Notes: generated from the letters alone by a model not told the origin. Positions 29,262-39,357 are shown, counted from the first letter of the stretch. The stretch: DNA of 64,000 nucleotides from Candidatus Nealsonbacteria bacterium DGGOD1a (GCA_022530585.1 CP092821.1:457525-521524), one strand, 5' to 3'. Translations and numbers: made by a program.

Positions 29262-29585
29262 CTAAATATATTTGATGTGTAATATTCCAAATATGCTTAG
29301 CGTATATCCTTCTTTTTCAATTCCGGCCGCATCAATTTCGCCGAGAATCTTCAATTTAGCGGCACTATACCCGGCGATGTTCCTGCAGGTTGCCCTGAAT
29401 TCGCCCTTAACGATTAGGGTTGAGTCTTCTCCGGCGCAACCTGTTCCAACCCAAGTCTGCATCAGCAGACAATTTTCGAATGGCTTTTCTATCCGCGCCC
29501 TAAGTGTTCCATAGCGCGTTGGTTCTCCGTCAAGGATAAGAATGCCATTGACGGACTCCAAATATAAATTTTTTTCAATTTCCAT
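29262..29585 (-). CDS. Hypothetical protein
   Basis: ORF only. Confidence 0.5.
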   Translation of the reverse strand: MEIEKNLYLESVNGILILDGEPTRYGTLRARIEKPFENCLLMQTWVGTGCAGEDSTLIVKGEFRATCRNIAGYSAAKLKILGEIDAAGIEKEGYTLSIFGILHIKYI

Positions 29586-29891
29586 TCTTTCACCGGTAAC
29601 ATAATAAAATATAATTATTATGTTGTCAAATTTTCGTCAAGTAACCCCTCACCGGGGAGTAAAAATAGCGAATTTGGAGGTCAATCCTCGGCTTGCGAGA
29701 GGTTTGACCTTCAAATTCGCGCCGGCCCTTACCGCAAATTCGTTGAGGATTGACCTCAAAATGCAAATTCTCGAGGTCAAACCTCAACAAATTTGCTCCC
29801 CGGTGAGGGGTTACAATATTGCGGCGGGGTTGTGTTTGGGTTATACTTAAATCGTATTCGAATCGTATTCAAATCGTATTTAATCAAAAAA

Positions 29892-30275
29892 ATGGCGGAA
29901 ACATCAAATCAAAACAATAATCCCATTGATTTGCGCGAGGTGGTAAAAATTTTTAACGACCGGTTTGACAAAGCCGATCAAAACTACCGCGAGCTGGCCA
30001 AATCTTCCAACGACCGGTTTGACCAGATGGATCAAAACTACCGGGAATTGGTGGAGTTTTTGGCGGGCGAATTTGACAAAATTCATCAAACCAAAGCCGA
30101 CAAAGTTGATATGGAAGAAAATTTTAATCTGGTGCTGAATCGCGTCGCGACGATAAACACAAAAATTGACGATTATCGCGCCGATCAGATTGGTTTGAAG
30201 CGCCAAGTGGACAAGCACGAAAAATGGCATTTTGCCGTTGCCGACAAAGTCGGCGTCAAGCTGTTATCAAAGTGA
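29892..30275 (+). CDS. Coiled-coil protein, paralog of 43614-44102
   Basis: Shared DDYRADQIGLKRQVDKHEKWH; internal 18-aa duplication. Confidence 0.75.
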   Translation: MAETSNQNNNPIDLREVVKIFNDRFDKADQNYRELAKSSNDRFDQMDQNYRELVEFLAGEFDKIHQTKADKVDMEENFNLVLNRVATINTKIDDYRADQIGLKRQVDKHEKWHFAVADKVGVKLLSK

Positions 30276-30300
30276 ATTATATTAAAAGGGTCCGACCCTT

Positions 30301-30507
30301 TTGGAAACTATTATTGACACTAAATCAAATATCTTGAATATTCGGTTCAGTAAAAAGAAATCGGTTGATTCGGAAGTCAAAGACAATGTGGTGATTGATT
30401 ATGACGAGAACGGCGAAATCGTCAATTTGGAAATTATGAAGATTGATTTGCGCGAATTTGCCGAGTTTGCGAAAGCCGATCGATCCGTTTTGGAATTTAG
30501 CGTCTGA
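30301..30507 (+). CDS. DUF2283-like protein
   Basis: D..SNILNIRF....VDS.....VVIDYDENGEIVNLEI. Confidence 0.8.
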   Translation: METIIDTKSNILNIRFSKKKSVDSEVKDNVVIDYDENGEIVNLEIMKIDLREFAEFAKADRSVLEFSV

Positions 30508-30960
30508 TCTTGGGACAAGATTGAGTTTGTTGTGTTAAAAGGGTCCGACCCTTTCAATGGGTGTTGGCGGTTCGCAAACAAAAAGGGCGGGGATGTTCTA
30601 TTCCGTCGATCTGGTTTCAACCGGCAATATCAGACAATAAAAAATCGCGTTGCGCAAGATTGACGGGATTTTTGGATTTGTTAGGATGATAGGACTCTAG
30701 AGGGGGGTGCGATAAATTAAAAATTGGCGGCTGTCATTTTGGATGTAATTTTGATACAATAGATAGGTAATCGATACGATAATTCTCTTGTCCGCGGAGG
30801 AGGACAAGAAACTAGACAATGTTCGCATTTTCTGCAAACGCGAATTGCCAATGTGTTCAAAAAAATGGAACCCAGACACGGTTTTTGTTTTGAAAACCCG
30901 CGCCTGCGTTCCATTTTTTTGTACATTGATTATCGTTGTTTCGCAATCAGCCAACGCATT

Positions 30961-32586
30961 ATGAAAAAAATAATCGCCTTATTTTTAGCTTTCGCGACCA
31001 TGTGCCAGACATCCGGCCCGGCGATTTTCGCGTCCGAGGACAATGCCAGTTCAACTGATCCGATTGCGAATGAGGAAAATGATTCCGGTTTGGGCCAGCC
31101 AAATTTATTGGAGATTGCCGGCGGCCAAACAAGCGAAATTTTACCCGCGCCGGATCCGGCGCGGATTGAAAGCGCTTCAACCACGGAAATTGAAATCGCG
31201 CCGCCGACCGTGAACGAAAATAGCTCTTCAACCGAGATATCGGCCGGCGCTTCAAGCGCCGAGGCAATGGGAAACGCGACCACGACCGCGGAAGCGCGCG
31301 CGGATGGGGAGGCGGATGCCACGACCACGAGCGAGACTGAAATTGGCGATGCGACAACAACAATGGATGCCGCCGCGACAACCGATGGCGCCGGTGTTGT
31401 TCAAGAAGCCGCGACTTCCACAACCGCGACCTCCACGGTTGCGACCTCCACAATAGATACCGGTGGAATTTCAACAGAGAATGCCACAAGCGAAGCGGAT
31501 TTGATTTTCGCGCCGGCCGCGCCGCGAATGGCGATGTTGGCGGTTTGGCAAATGGCCGGCGGCGGCTTTGACGATGATCCGGCGGCCGGCGCGCAGTTCG
31601 CGCCTTCGGGCGAGTATCGGGTTTCCCGGAACATACAAATGTGCGGAATCCTCGCGAATGGCAATCCGGATGAATCGGACGGCGTTTACGGGCAAATGTT
31701 TTATCCTGTCGGGGCCGGGTTTGCGCCCGGGGACGGCCAAGGCCGGCAAGGTTGCGGCCAGGTGGTCGGGCCGGCTTGCAAAATGGAAAAATTGTCGAGC
31801 GAAGCGAGTTTTGATTTATTCTGCGAAAAAATTCAAAAAAACAATACGAATTTGCCGTTGTTCGATTCCGGATTGAGCTATGTCGATTTATGCGCCGCGG
31901 ACGGCAAATTGCTGGCGCGAACCGCTTCGGTCTATTGTTGCGAGCAAGAGCTGGCCTATGATGATGCCGCCGGGGAGTATGACGCGGGAGTGATTGCCAA
32001 AGGGGCCGCCGGCGACTACAGCAATACGCTGTTATCCAAGTTCGCTTACTTGCCGCTGTCAAAGATTGATATCGGCTTTAATAATGTTTATTACGGAACG
32101 GTTCAAGAAGGCGTGGAGGCGGTAACGGATGAAACCATCACCCGCGCCGCGGTGCGCAATGTCGGCAATGTGCCGGCGAAAGTTTCGTTGTGGCAGGATG
32201 ACATGGGATTGGGCCAAACCGCCGGCGTTTACAATATCCGCTATGGGGCGCGGTTGAGCGGGATTGGCGCGCCGTGGACATACTACAAGCCGTTTGAAAC
32301 GATTTCGATGTCCGACGCGCTCGCTCCGGGGCAATCCGCGGATATGGAATTTTCGGTCAAGGTTTTGAATTTCCCGGAAACGGCCGGAGAAAGCAAAAGC
32401 GATTACCGCGGCCAAATGAAAATCGACGCGGTATTCGCGCCCGCCAATTATCAATGCCAATCGCCGGAACCGAATGAAGCTCAAACGATATCGGCCGCCG
32501 CTCCCGTTTCAGGTTTGAATGGCGCGGAAGTTAAGCCCGAAACCGATCTGCCGGAAGCCGCAACCACGACCGCGGTTGAGCATTGA
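30961..32586 (+). CDS. Secreted protein with Thr/Ala-rich linker, paralog of 34579-35826
   Basis: Signal peptide; shared DDD..G.Q..P, FC, LC, YCC/G..L.Y..AAG.Y, VRN.GNV, M.F.V motifs. Confidence 0.75.
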   Translation: MKKIIALFLAFATMCQTSGPAIFASEDNASSTDPIANEENDSGLGQPNLLEIAGGQTSEILPAPDPARIESASTTEIEIAPPTVNENSSSTEISAGASSAEAMGNATTTAEARADGEADATTTSETEIGDATTTMDAAATTDGAGVVQEAATSTTATSTVATSTIDTGGISTENATSEADLIFAPAAPRMAMLAVWQMAGGGFDDDPAAGAQFAPSGEYRVSRNIQMCGILANGNPDESDGVYGQMFYPVGAGFAPGDGQGRQGCGQVVGPACKMEKLSSEASFDLFCEKIQKNNTNLPLFDSGLSYVDLCAADGKLLARTASVYCCEQELAYDDAAGEYDAGVIAKGAAGDYSNTLLSKFAYLPLSKIDIGFNNVYYGTVQEGVEAVTDETITRAAVRNVGNVPAKVSLWQDDMGLGQTAGVYNIRYGARLSGIGAPWTYYKPFETISMSDALAPGQSADMEFSVKVLNFPETAGESKSDYRGQMKIDAVFAPANYQCQSPEPNEAQTISAAAPVSGLNGAEVKPETDLPEAATTTAVEH

Positions 32587-32672
32587 ACTTTGAGCGCGGT
32601 ATATTAGACAATCACGATTGCCGCCGCAAAATACGCGGCGGAGTGGTTGGATAAAATTAATAAATTCTATTT

Positions 32673-33020
32673 ATGGTTATCAAAGCAATAAGAGAAAAAT
32701 TAACGGCCGCGCGCATAAAAGCGGTGGTTATGGAGTTTGGAAAAAAACTGGCGGCGGAGAACATTCCGGTGAAGCAGATGATTTTGTTCGGGTCGTACGC
32801 GAAAAACAATCCGCATATTGACAGCGATATTGATGTGGCGGTGATTTTGAAGGATGACAGCGGCATCGAGCGGGGCGAAATTGACAAGATTACCTGGTGG
32901 GCCAAGCAAATCAATGTGAAATTGGAGCCGCATATTTTGAGCGAAGGCGATTTCAACAACCGTTGGCTGTCGTTGCCCGCGGAAATAAAAAAAACGGGGA
33001 TCAAAATAGCAGAACGATGA
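32673..33020 (+). CDS. Minimal nucleotidyltransferase (MNT) domain protein
   Basis: ILFGSYAK...DSDIDVAV. Confidence 0.9.
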   Translation: MVIKAIREKLTAARIKAVVMEFGKKLAAENIPVKQMILFGSYAKNNPHIDSDIDVAVILKDDSGIERGEIDKITWWAKQINVKLEPHILSEGDFNNRWLSLPAEIKKTGIKIAER

Positions 33021-33053
33021 CGATGAACGATGACAATGAACGATGACGATAAC
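33012..33053 (+). repeat. TGAACGA/TGACGA tandem tract upstream of the four-helix-bundle gene
   Basis: Direct reading. Confidence 0.9.
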
Positions 33054-33092
33054 TAATAAAAAAAGATAAATAATAAAAATGGACATAAATTC

Positions 33093-33473
33093 ATGGAAAC
33101 AAATAGTAACTATGGGTTTAAATTCAGAAATTGGGATATTTATAACGATGCGCGAAAATTTAGAAATTTAATTTATGAAACAACAAATAAATTCCCAAAA
33201 GATGAAAGATTCGGATTGACAGACCAATTAAGAAGGGCTTCGGTGTCGATAATACTTAATATCGCGGAAGGCGCGAATAAAAACACCGATAAAGACCGCC
33301 GCGTCTATATCAATCGAGCGCATTGTTCATTGGATGAAGTAGTCGCTGGAATAGATTGTGCCGTTGATGAGAGTTTTATTGACGAAACCACCCGGATTAA
33401 AATTTTGGAAAACGCCAGCAGTTTGGCAAAGCGCTTGAGAGCATTCACGAATTATTTGCACCGTGAACCATAA
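33093..33473 (+). CDS. Four-helix-bundle protein (23S rRNA IVP-like family)
   Basis: FPKDERFGLTDQLRRASVSIILNIAEG...INRAHCSLDE. Confidence 0.93.
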   Translation: METNSNYGFKFRNWDIYNDARKFRNLIYETTNKFPKDERFGLTDQLRRASVSIILNIAEGANKNTDKDRRVYINRAHCSLDEVVAGIDCAVDESFIDETTRIKILENASSLAKRLRAFTNYLHREP

Positions 33474-33477
33474 ACAG

Positions 33478-33828
33478 TGAACGATGACGATGAACGATGA
33501 ACTATGACGATGAACGATGAACTATGACGATGAACGATGACAATGAACGATGAACGATGAACGATGACGATGATTTTGCCCACATTTTGTCAAAGTTCAT
33601 AGTCCATAGTTCATAGTCCGCATTCCCTGTCATAGTTCAAAGTTCATAGTTCATAGTTCAAAGTTCATAGTCCGCATTCCCTGTCATAGTTCAAAGTTCA
33701 TAGTTCATAGTTCAAAGTTCATAGTCCGCATTCCCTGTCATAGTTCAAAGTTCATAGTTCATAGTTCAAAGTTCATAGTCCGCATTCCCTGTCATAGTTC
33801 ATAGTTCATAGTTCAAAGATCATAGTCC
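33478..33828. repeat. Inverted 6/7-mer array: left arm TGAAC(G/T)A and TGACGA (33478-33573); right arm TAGTTCA/AAGTTCA organised in 54-bp higher-order units (33590-33828)
   Basis: GTCCGCATTCCCTG recurs at 33616, 33670, 33724, 33778. Confidence 0.95.
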
Positions 33829-34578
33829 GTTGAGTAGAGTGCAGATGGCGTTTCCCGGGAGGAATGCCGCCACCCGCACTTTATAAAAAAGTAGGCGAAA
33901 CGGATTGTCGAAATCACGCCGCCGAAATTTAATGAAGAAGGCGCGAATCCGCATTTTGCATTTGTATCTGCATTTCAAGGGTCTATCCCTTGCGTAATCG
34001 CAAGGGTTAGACCCTGGTAAAAGTATTTGCATTTGCATTTCCCGGATTCGCGAGACAAGGTCGACCGGGACTTATCCGAAATTCCGTGTCCGATATTGCG
34101 AAAGGGTTCTTGTTGAGGTGATCCTCAACAGGCCTGTCGAGGACTGCTGATCAAGCGCCAAGACTCAATATCGGGAACAGGAAAAGTAGGATATTTAACA
34201 AGTTTGACGGGACTTTAAAACCCGCCAAAATAACAATTTCCCCACCTATCAGCATTCAATCACTTTTGTATTTGGGGTCTATCCCCTGCGTAGCTTTAGC
34301 GGAGCAGGGGTTAGACCCCTGCAACAGCGCCCGCATTCGCATTGCATTTGCACCCGCATTTGAGGCCGTTCCCCGGTAGTAGCCGAGGCGCGACCTCGCC
34401 CAACTGCGCTTGCATCGCATTTGCGAGTATATACTTAGTATGTATTTAAATATGTATTTAAATAAGTATTTAAATACTTATTTAAATCAGCGCTTGGAAT
34501 TTCGTTAATAGTTAACGATTAAAGATTAACGATTAACGATTGAATCCTGACAGGTGGGGAAATAAAAAAAGAAAACAT

Positions 34579-35826
34579 ATGAAGACATTGAAAAAATATG
34601 TAGCGATGTTGGCCCTGGCCAGCTTGGTCCTCGGACCCGCCTCTGCTTTGGCAGATGTAGTAACTTCGTTTACTGCTTCCAGCGGTGCCGCTCAACCAAC
34701 ATTTAGAGTTGTTGCGAAATGGGAAACTACTGGCACGACTTTGGCTGATTATTGGATTGATGACGATTTGAATACCACTGGTATTCAAGTTAATCCTCCG
34801 TTGGTGAAAGCGGGGACAAAAGCAGTGACTTATTGTGCAGTAGTTCAATTCCCCGGTAAGATGACTCAGGTATCCAAAGTTTATATGGATTTGAAGTATG
34901 CTGGAACTGCCAATCAAGGAACACAATATAATCAGTGTGGCGTAACTGTTGGGGATGAGCTTGAACTTACCAAAGTAACCGCCCCGACAGGTGAATTACC
35001 TTACAATGTTTTTTGCAAGAGCTTGAACCCGAATGCGGGTGCAGGGATTTATAAAGGTAATGATATCGTAACTTTCTTGGATCCCACAACGGGCCATGAT
35101 TGGGCGACTCTTTGTACTGATGGCGTGGAGGGTTCATTGCCGAAAGGCGACGCCGCATTGTATTGTGGCACGAGAAACTTGTCCTATGAAGCGGCGGCTG
35201 GTACTTACGAGGTCCAAGTACACGGGGTGGCCAATGGTTTGAACTCAAACTTCTTGCTCAATAATTATCTTTATGTGCCCCAAGCTGGTTTTCAAATTGA
35301 TTTTAATAAAATCAATTATGGAACTGCTACTTGGACTGATCCTACGGTAATTGGTATTACTGGTGGACATTATAATTGGGCTAGCTCTTTCGTGAAATGG
35401 AATTCGATTTCTGGCGATACCAATTTTACCTCAAGCGTTGGCACCAATAACGCAACTGTTAGAAATATTGGTAATGTGGAGTTAGATATGCAAGTAGCGC
35501 AGGACTATATGAACACTGAGTTAACTGGCGGTATGGATAATATTCGTTATATGGGTAGAGTGGGCAGTCTTGATGGATATTGGCAACAGTATGGTCCGAA
35601 TGCCAATATGACCAATCCTAATTGGACAAAATTGACTCGCTATATCGAATTATCCAATAAGGATGAAATGGATTTTGGCGTGGCAATTACGAAATTTGAT
35701 CAAGGAGTGACTTATAGCGGCACGATGAAGCTTATGGGTACACAGCATGATTTTGCAAAATGTCCCACTAGGATTTCATTGCCTGGCGAAGCAGACCCTG
35801 CTCAACAGACTTCAATTCCTTTGTAG
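34579..35826 (+). CDS. Secreted protein, possible surface or filament subunit
   Basis: Signal peptide MKTLKKYVAMLALASLVLGPASALA; A/T-ending codon bias; hairpin terminator at about 35843-35874. Confidence 0.8.
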   Translation: MKTLKKYVAMLALASLVLGPASALADVVTSFTASSGAAQPTFRVVAKWETTGTTLADYWIDDDLNTTGIQVNPPLVKAGTKAVTYCAVVQFPGKMTQVSKVYMDLKYAGTANQGTQYNQCGVTVGDELELTKVTAPTGELPYNVFCKSLNPNAGAGIYKGNDIVTFLDPTTGHDWATLCTDGVEGSLPKGDAALYCGTRNLSYEAAAGTYEVQVHGVANGLNSNFLLNNYLYVPQAGFQIDFNKINYGTATWTDPTVIGITGGHYNWASSFVKWNSISGDTNFTSSVGTNNATVRNIGNVELDMQVAQDYMNTELTGGMDNIRYMGRVGSLDGYWQQYGPNANMTNPNWTKLTRYIELSNKDEMDFGVAITKFDQGVTYSGTMKLMGTQHDFAKCPTRISLPGEADPAQQTSIPL

Positions 35827-35946
35827 TCTAACGGGTAAAAGCGATGGAGCGCGAAATTGTGCGCTCCATGCTTTTGCGCATTATGTGCTATGCGTTGACG
35901 TCTATCTATTATTGTGTTAGGAATAATTAAATAATTTATTAATTTC

Positions 35947-36930
35947 ATGCAAATAAATTTAATCAAAATAGTGTCGCTTGCTTTCATTCTTTTGGTGGTG
36001 ACATTGCCTATGCAAATTTCTGCGATTGCACAGTCGGTAGAACCGATTAGCATTGATAATGCCTTACGAGGTCAAGAATACGAAAGATATCTTAGTCTTA
36101 CTAATACCGATGATTCGGCTGCCGATTTTGAAGTGGTGGCGAACGGTGATATTTTTGATTTCACTTCGTTTTATGAAGTTAATACACCAGAGAAAGAGAG
36201 CCCAAAATTATTACTGCATATTCCGGGTCAAGGTACGGCTACGGCGATTGTTAAATTTACAATTTCTTCCGATTTAAAGAGCGATAAAACTTATAAAGGC
36301 TATATAAATTTTTCATACGCGCCAGTATCTGATTCTGTGGAAAAAAATCAAAATTTGGTCATTTCTGGTGTTGGTCGGCCGGTAAGTATAACCCTTGGCG
36401 GTAAAGAAGTTGTTGAATCTCGTTGCAGTTTTATGCCGGTGAACGGTTTTGTTGAAGCGGGGACACCATTAAAAATTATGGTTACCTGCATTAACGATGG
36501 CAACATAAACATAAAGCCATCGGTACAGGTATCTGTTTCCCAGAACGGCCAACTTGTTTCGGGGTCAGGCATGGTATTTTTGTATGATAGCAATAAAAAA
36601 GGTATCAAACCGTCACAATCTGAAGTTTTGAATTATGAATTACAAACAGGGAATTTTAATCTTGGAACTTATCAAATCGATGTTAAAGCGTTTCAGGGCG
36701 AAAAAGAATTCCAACATAATATTTACGATGTAAAAATCCTTGAGAAAAACACACTGAACACACCAAATGTTGCATCGCTGGCATCTATTGCTGGGGATAA
36801 TCAGCAATGGATATCGATGGTGGGTGTTGTAGTTTTGGCAATTCTTATTGTTACTATTTATGTGTTTGTTAAAAAACGATCTAAAGGCAAATTTATTAAT
36901 GCATCCGTGCAAGAAACTAGCAGTAAATAA
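35947..36930 (+). CDS. Secreted Ig-like protein with C-terminal TM anchor (DUF916/WxL-interacting-like architecture)
   Basis: Signal peptide, NDGNINIKP, C-terminal TM followed by KKRSK. Confidence 0.6.
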   Translation: MQINLIKIVSLAFILLVVTLPMQISAIAQSVEPISIDNALRGQEYERYLSLTNTDDSAADFEVVANGDIFDFTSFYEVNTPEKESPKLLLHIPGQGTATAIVKFTISSDLKSDKTYKGYINFSYAPVSDSVEKNQNLVISGVGRPVSITLGGKEVVESRCSFMPVNGFVEAGTPLKIMVTCINDGNINIKPSVQVSVSQNGQLVSGSGMVFLYDSNKKGIKPSQSEVLNYELQTGNFNLGTYQIDVKAFQGEKEFQHNIYDVKILEKNTLNTPNVASLASIAGDNQQWISMVGVVVLAILIVTIYVFVKKRSKGKFINASVQETSSK

Positions 36931-36963
36931 ATTAATTGGATATCTGTGTATCCAATAATAAGT

Positions 36964-39312
36964 ATGTCCCAAAAAAAGATAAATCTGTTCTACTGTTTTA
37001 AAAAGGCGGGATATTCGACGCTGGTAATCTTTGCGATTATTTTTCAATTTGCGAATCCAATTATTGTTTTTGCTGAAACTGAGCCGCGGCCAAATCCAAT
37101 TTTCAGTAAAAATTGCGGGTTGGATGTTGTTTTAGTTCTCGATAATTCAACTAGTATTAGTGAAGCCGATATTCAAAAGGAAAAAGCGGCTTTTTTAGGA
37201 TTGATTGATGATTTATCTGGTACGCCTTCGGAATTTAGCGTTCTTAATTTCGGTACGCGCGCACAACCAAAAATTGGATTTGGTGGATCAATTTCTGAAG
37301 TAAAAAATGCAATCAACAACATTCTCTATGACGGTTATGCGGCTACAAATTGGCAAGATGCACTTATTGTTTCTAAAAATTTTTTACCCAACAGAAATAA
37401 TAAAAGTAATTTGATTATTTTTGCTTCAGACGGGAATCCTACAATCAACAACGATGATTTAAGCGTTTTTGATTTACCGATTAACGGCAATGATTGGTCC
37501 TATCTTGATAATAATGATCGGGAAAATGCAATTATTGCGGCGAATGATGTGAAGCAGATTTATAACACGCGGATTGTGACTTTGGGGATTGGCGATGCGG
37601 TTAATGAAGGTAATTTACGCAAGATTTCGGGCAATTTGGCGGGCGATCATTATAATGTTGATAATTTTGACGAATTGAAAACCGCGTTGCACGATTTGGC
37701 GGCGGGGATGTGCGGGGGGACGATTACGGCGACGAAAAAGATCGGGGTGGAGGGGAATTGGGTGCCGGCGGGGGGTTGGTCGTTTAATATCGGGGGGCAG
37801 AGCAAGATCACGGACGCGATTAATGGGCAGACCGAGGCGGTGGAGTTGGTTAATGGTGATGATTACGCGGTGGTCGAAACGCCGCAAGCGGATTATTCTT
37901 TATTTGACGCTTCTTGTTCTATCAGCAATGGCGGCGGCGCGGTGGGGGTGTTTGATTCGGCCAACAACAAAGTAACCGGTATCGCGGTTGACACGCAGGA
38001 TATTATTGCTTGCACATTCTACAACAAAGTTCAATGCCAAAAGATTTTCGGGCCGGAGTCGTGTTTCAAGGAGGGTTGGGCCAAAAAGGATTATTCGTGG
38101 AATTTTCCGCAGTTTTGCGAAGCGGCGGGCGCGGATGAATATGAAAAACATCCGGACTGCGATTGCGTGGAATCTTCAAGCAAGAGTTGCACCGGGCCGC
38201 GGACTTCATTAACTTCCTATACTTACAATTTTTCCTATTGTCCGGCCAAGGATGATCTCGTCAACGATGATGACGCGGAGTGCGATTCCGAGTGGACTTG
38301 CGGCGATTGGACAGATGCCGAGTGCGTTTCCAACGACGGCGGCGGCAAGCGCAAGCAAACGCAATCTTGCACCGATCAATATGGCGGGGCAAAAACCAAC
38401 GAGCGGATTGTCGGCGATTTAACCTGTGGTTGTGCGCAAACCGAAACCGGCCGGAACTGTTTTGCCGACGGAATGGCGCGGGTGGAATATTCTCTCGGCG
38501 GCCAATCCTATTGTTCGGGGACTTTCACCGCGGAGGAATCCGACGCGGCTTGCGCTTGCCGATATTCAACATGGGCCAACAGCGGCTGTGCCGGTGATGG
38601 CAAGATGGGACAGGGACGGAATAATGAAACCACCGCTTTTACCTATTGCGTTGATTTGACCCGACAAATTGACGATGTTTCTTGCGCACAATGCACGGCC
38701 TGGTCGGATTGGGGAACTTGCTCGGCAACCTGCGATGGCGGGATAACGATTCGGACATGCACTGCGGGTGGTTTGGTTGGCAATACGGAATCCGCGGAGT
38801 GCAACACACAATCCTGCGGTGGAAGTCAGATGACCTATCATTGGAGCGACTGGGGAACTTGCTCGGCAACCTGCGGCGGCGGGACGCAAACAAGAACTTG
38901 TTTGGATGAACAAAATAACGCGGTTGACGACAGTTTTTGCTCTGGGGCTGCGACGCAGATATGCAACGCCCAGTCATGCGGTTCGTCCGAAGGGGGATCT
39001 TCGGGCGGCGGGATTAGCGGCGATTACAACAAAAATTATTTCGATAATCCCGTTGGCGGCCAAGTGGCCGGCGCGGCGATCGATTTGGATGAAATCCAGC
39101 GGCAGATCAACGAAATTCGCGATAAGGTGAATGACATTGCCAATCAGATTAACAACTTACCCAAAGGCATCCTGGGCGCCACCGATGTGGCCACCGGCGT
39201 CCTACCGGTAATCGCGGATATGAATGGCATATCGATCGCGGCTTTGCCGGCTCAATCCGAATTTACTCTTCCCGAACCAACCGCCGCGATTTCCCCCAAC
39301 CCCAAACAATAA
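36964..39312 (+). CDS. vWA-domain adhesin with Cys-rich region and two thrombospondin type-1 repeats
   Basis: DVVLVLDNSTSI (MIDAS), TNWQDAL, IIFASDGNP; WSDWGTCSATC.GG...RTC twice. Confidence 0.85.
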   Translation: MSQKKINLFYCFKKAGYSTLVIFAIIFQFANPIIVFAETEPRPNPIFSKNCGLDVVLVLDNSTSISEADIQKEKAAFLGLIDDLSGTPSEFSVLNFGTRAQPKIGFGGSISEVKNAINNILYDGYAATNWQDALIVSKNFLPNRNNKSNLIIFASDGNPTINNDDLSVFDLPINGNDWSYLDNNDRENAIIAANDVKQIYNTRIVTLGIGDAVNEGNLRKISGNLAGDHYNVDNFDELKTALHDLAAGMCGGTITATKKIGVEGNWVPAGGWSFNIGGQSKITDAINGQTEAVELVNGDDYAVVETPQADYSLFDASCSISNGGGAVGVFDSANNKVTGIAVDTQDIIACTFYNKVQCQKIFGPESCFKEGWAKKDYSWNFPQFCEAAGADEYEKHPDCDCVESSSKSCTGPRTSLTSYTYNFSYCPAKDDLVNDDDAECDSEWTCGDWTDAECVSNDGGGKRKQTQSCTDQYGGAKTNERIVGDLTCGCAQTETGRNCFADGMARVEYSLGGQSYCSGTFTAEESDAACACRYSTWANSGCAGDGKMGQGRNNETTAFTYCVDLTRQIDDVSCAQCTAWSDWGTCSATCDGGITIRTCTAGGLVGNTESAECNTQSCGGSQMTYHWSDWGTCSATCGGGTQTRTCLDEQNNAVDDSFCSGAATQICNAQSCGSSEGGSSGGGISGDYNKNYFDNPVGGQVAGAAIDLDEIQRQINEIRDKVNDIANQINNLPKGILGATDVATGVLPVIADMNGISIAALPAQSEFTLPEPTAAISPNPKQ

Positions 39313-39357
39313 TTCCCAACCCCCAAACCCCCTGTTAAAAACCCCTGTTAAGGAAAC

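Noticed and set aside
30959..32062. Long antisense ORFs (367 aa here, 299 aa at 54174-55073, 283 aa at 42773-43624)
   Set aside because: Shadows of GC-rich sense genes; Arg/Pro-rich or motif-free
33093..33473. DGR Avd gene
   Set aside because: No reverse transcriptase and no template/variable repeat pair seen in the window
33590..33828. CRISPR array (regular 54-bp period)
   Set aside because: The would-be spacers are identical heptamer runs and no cas genes are in the window
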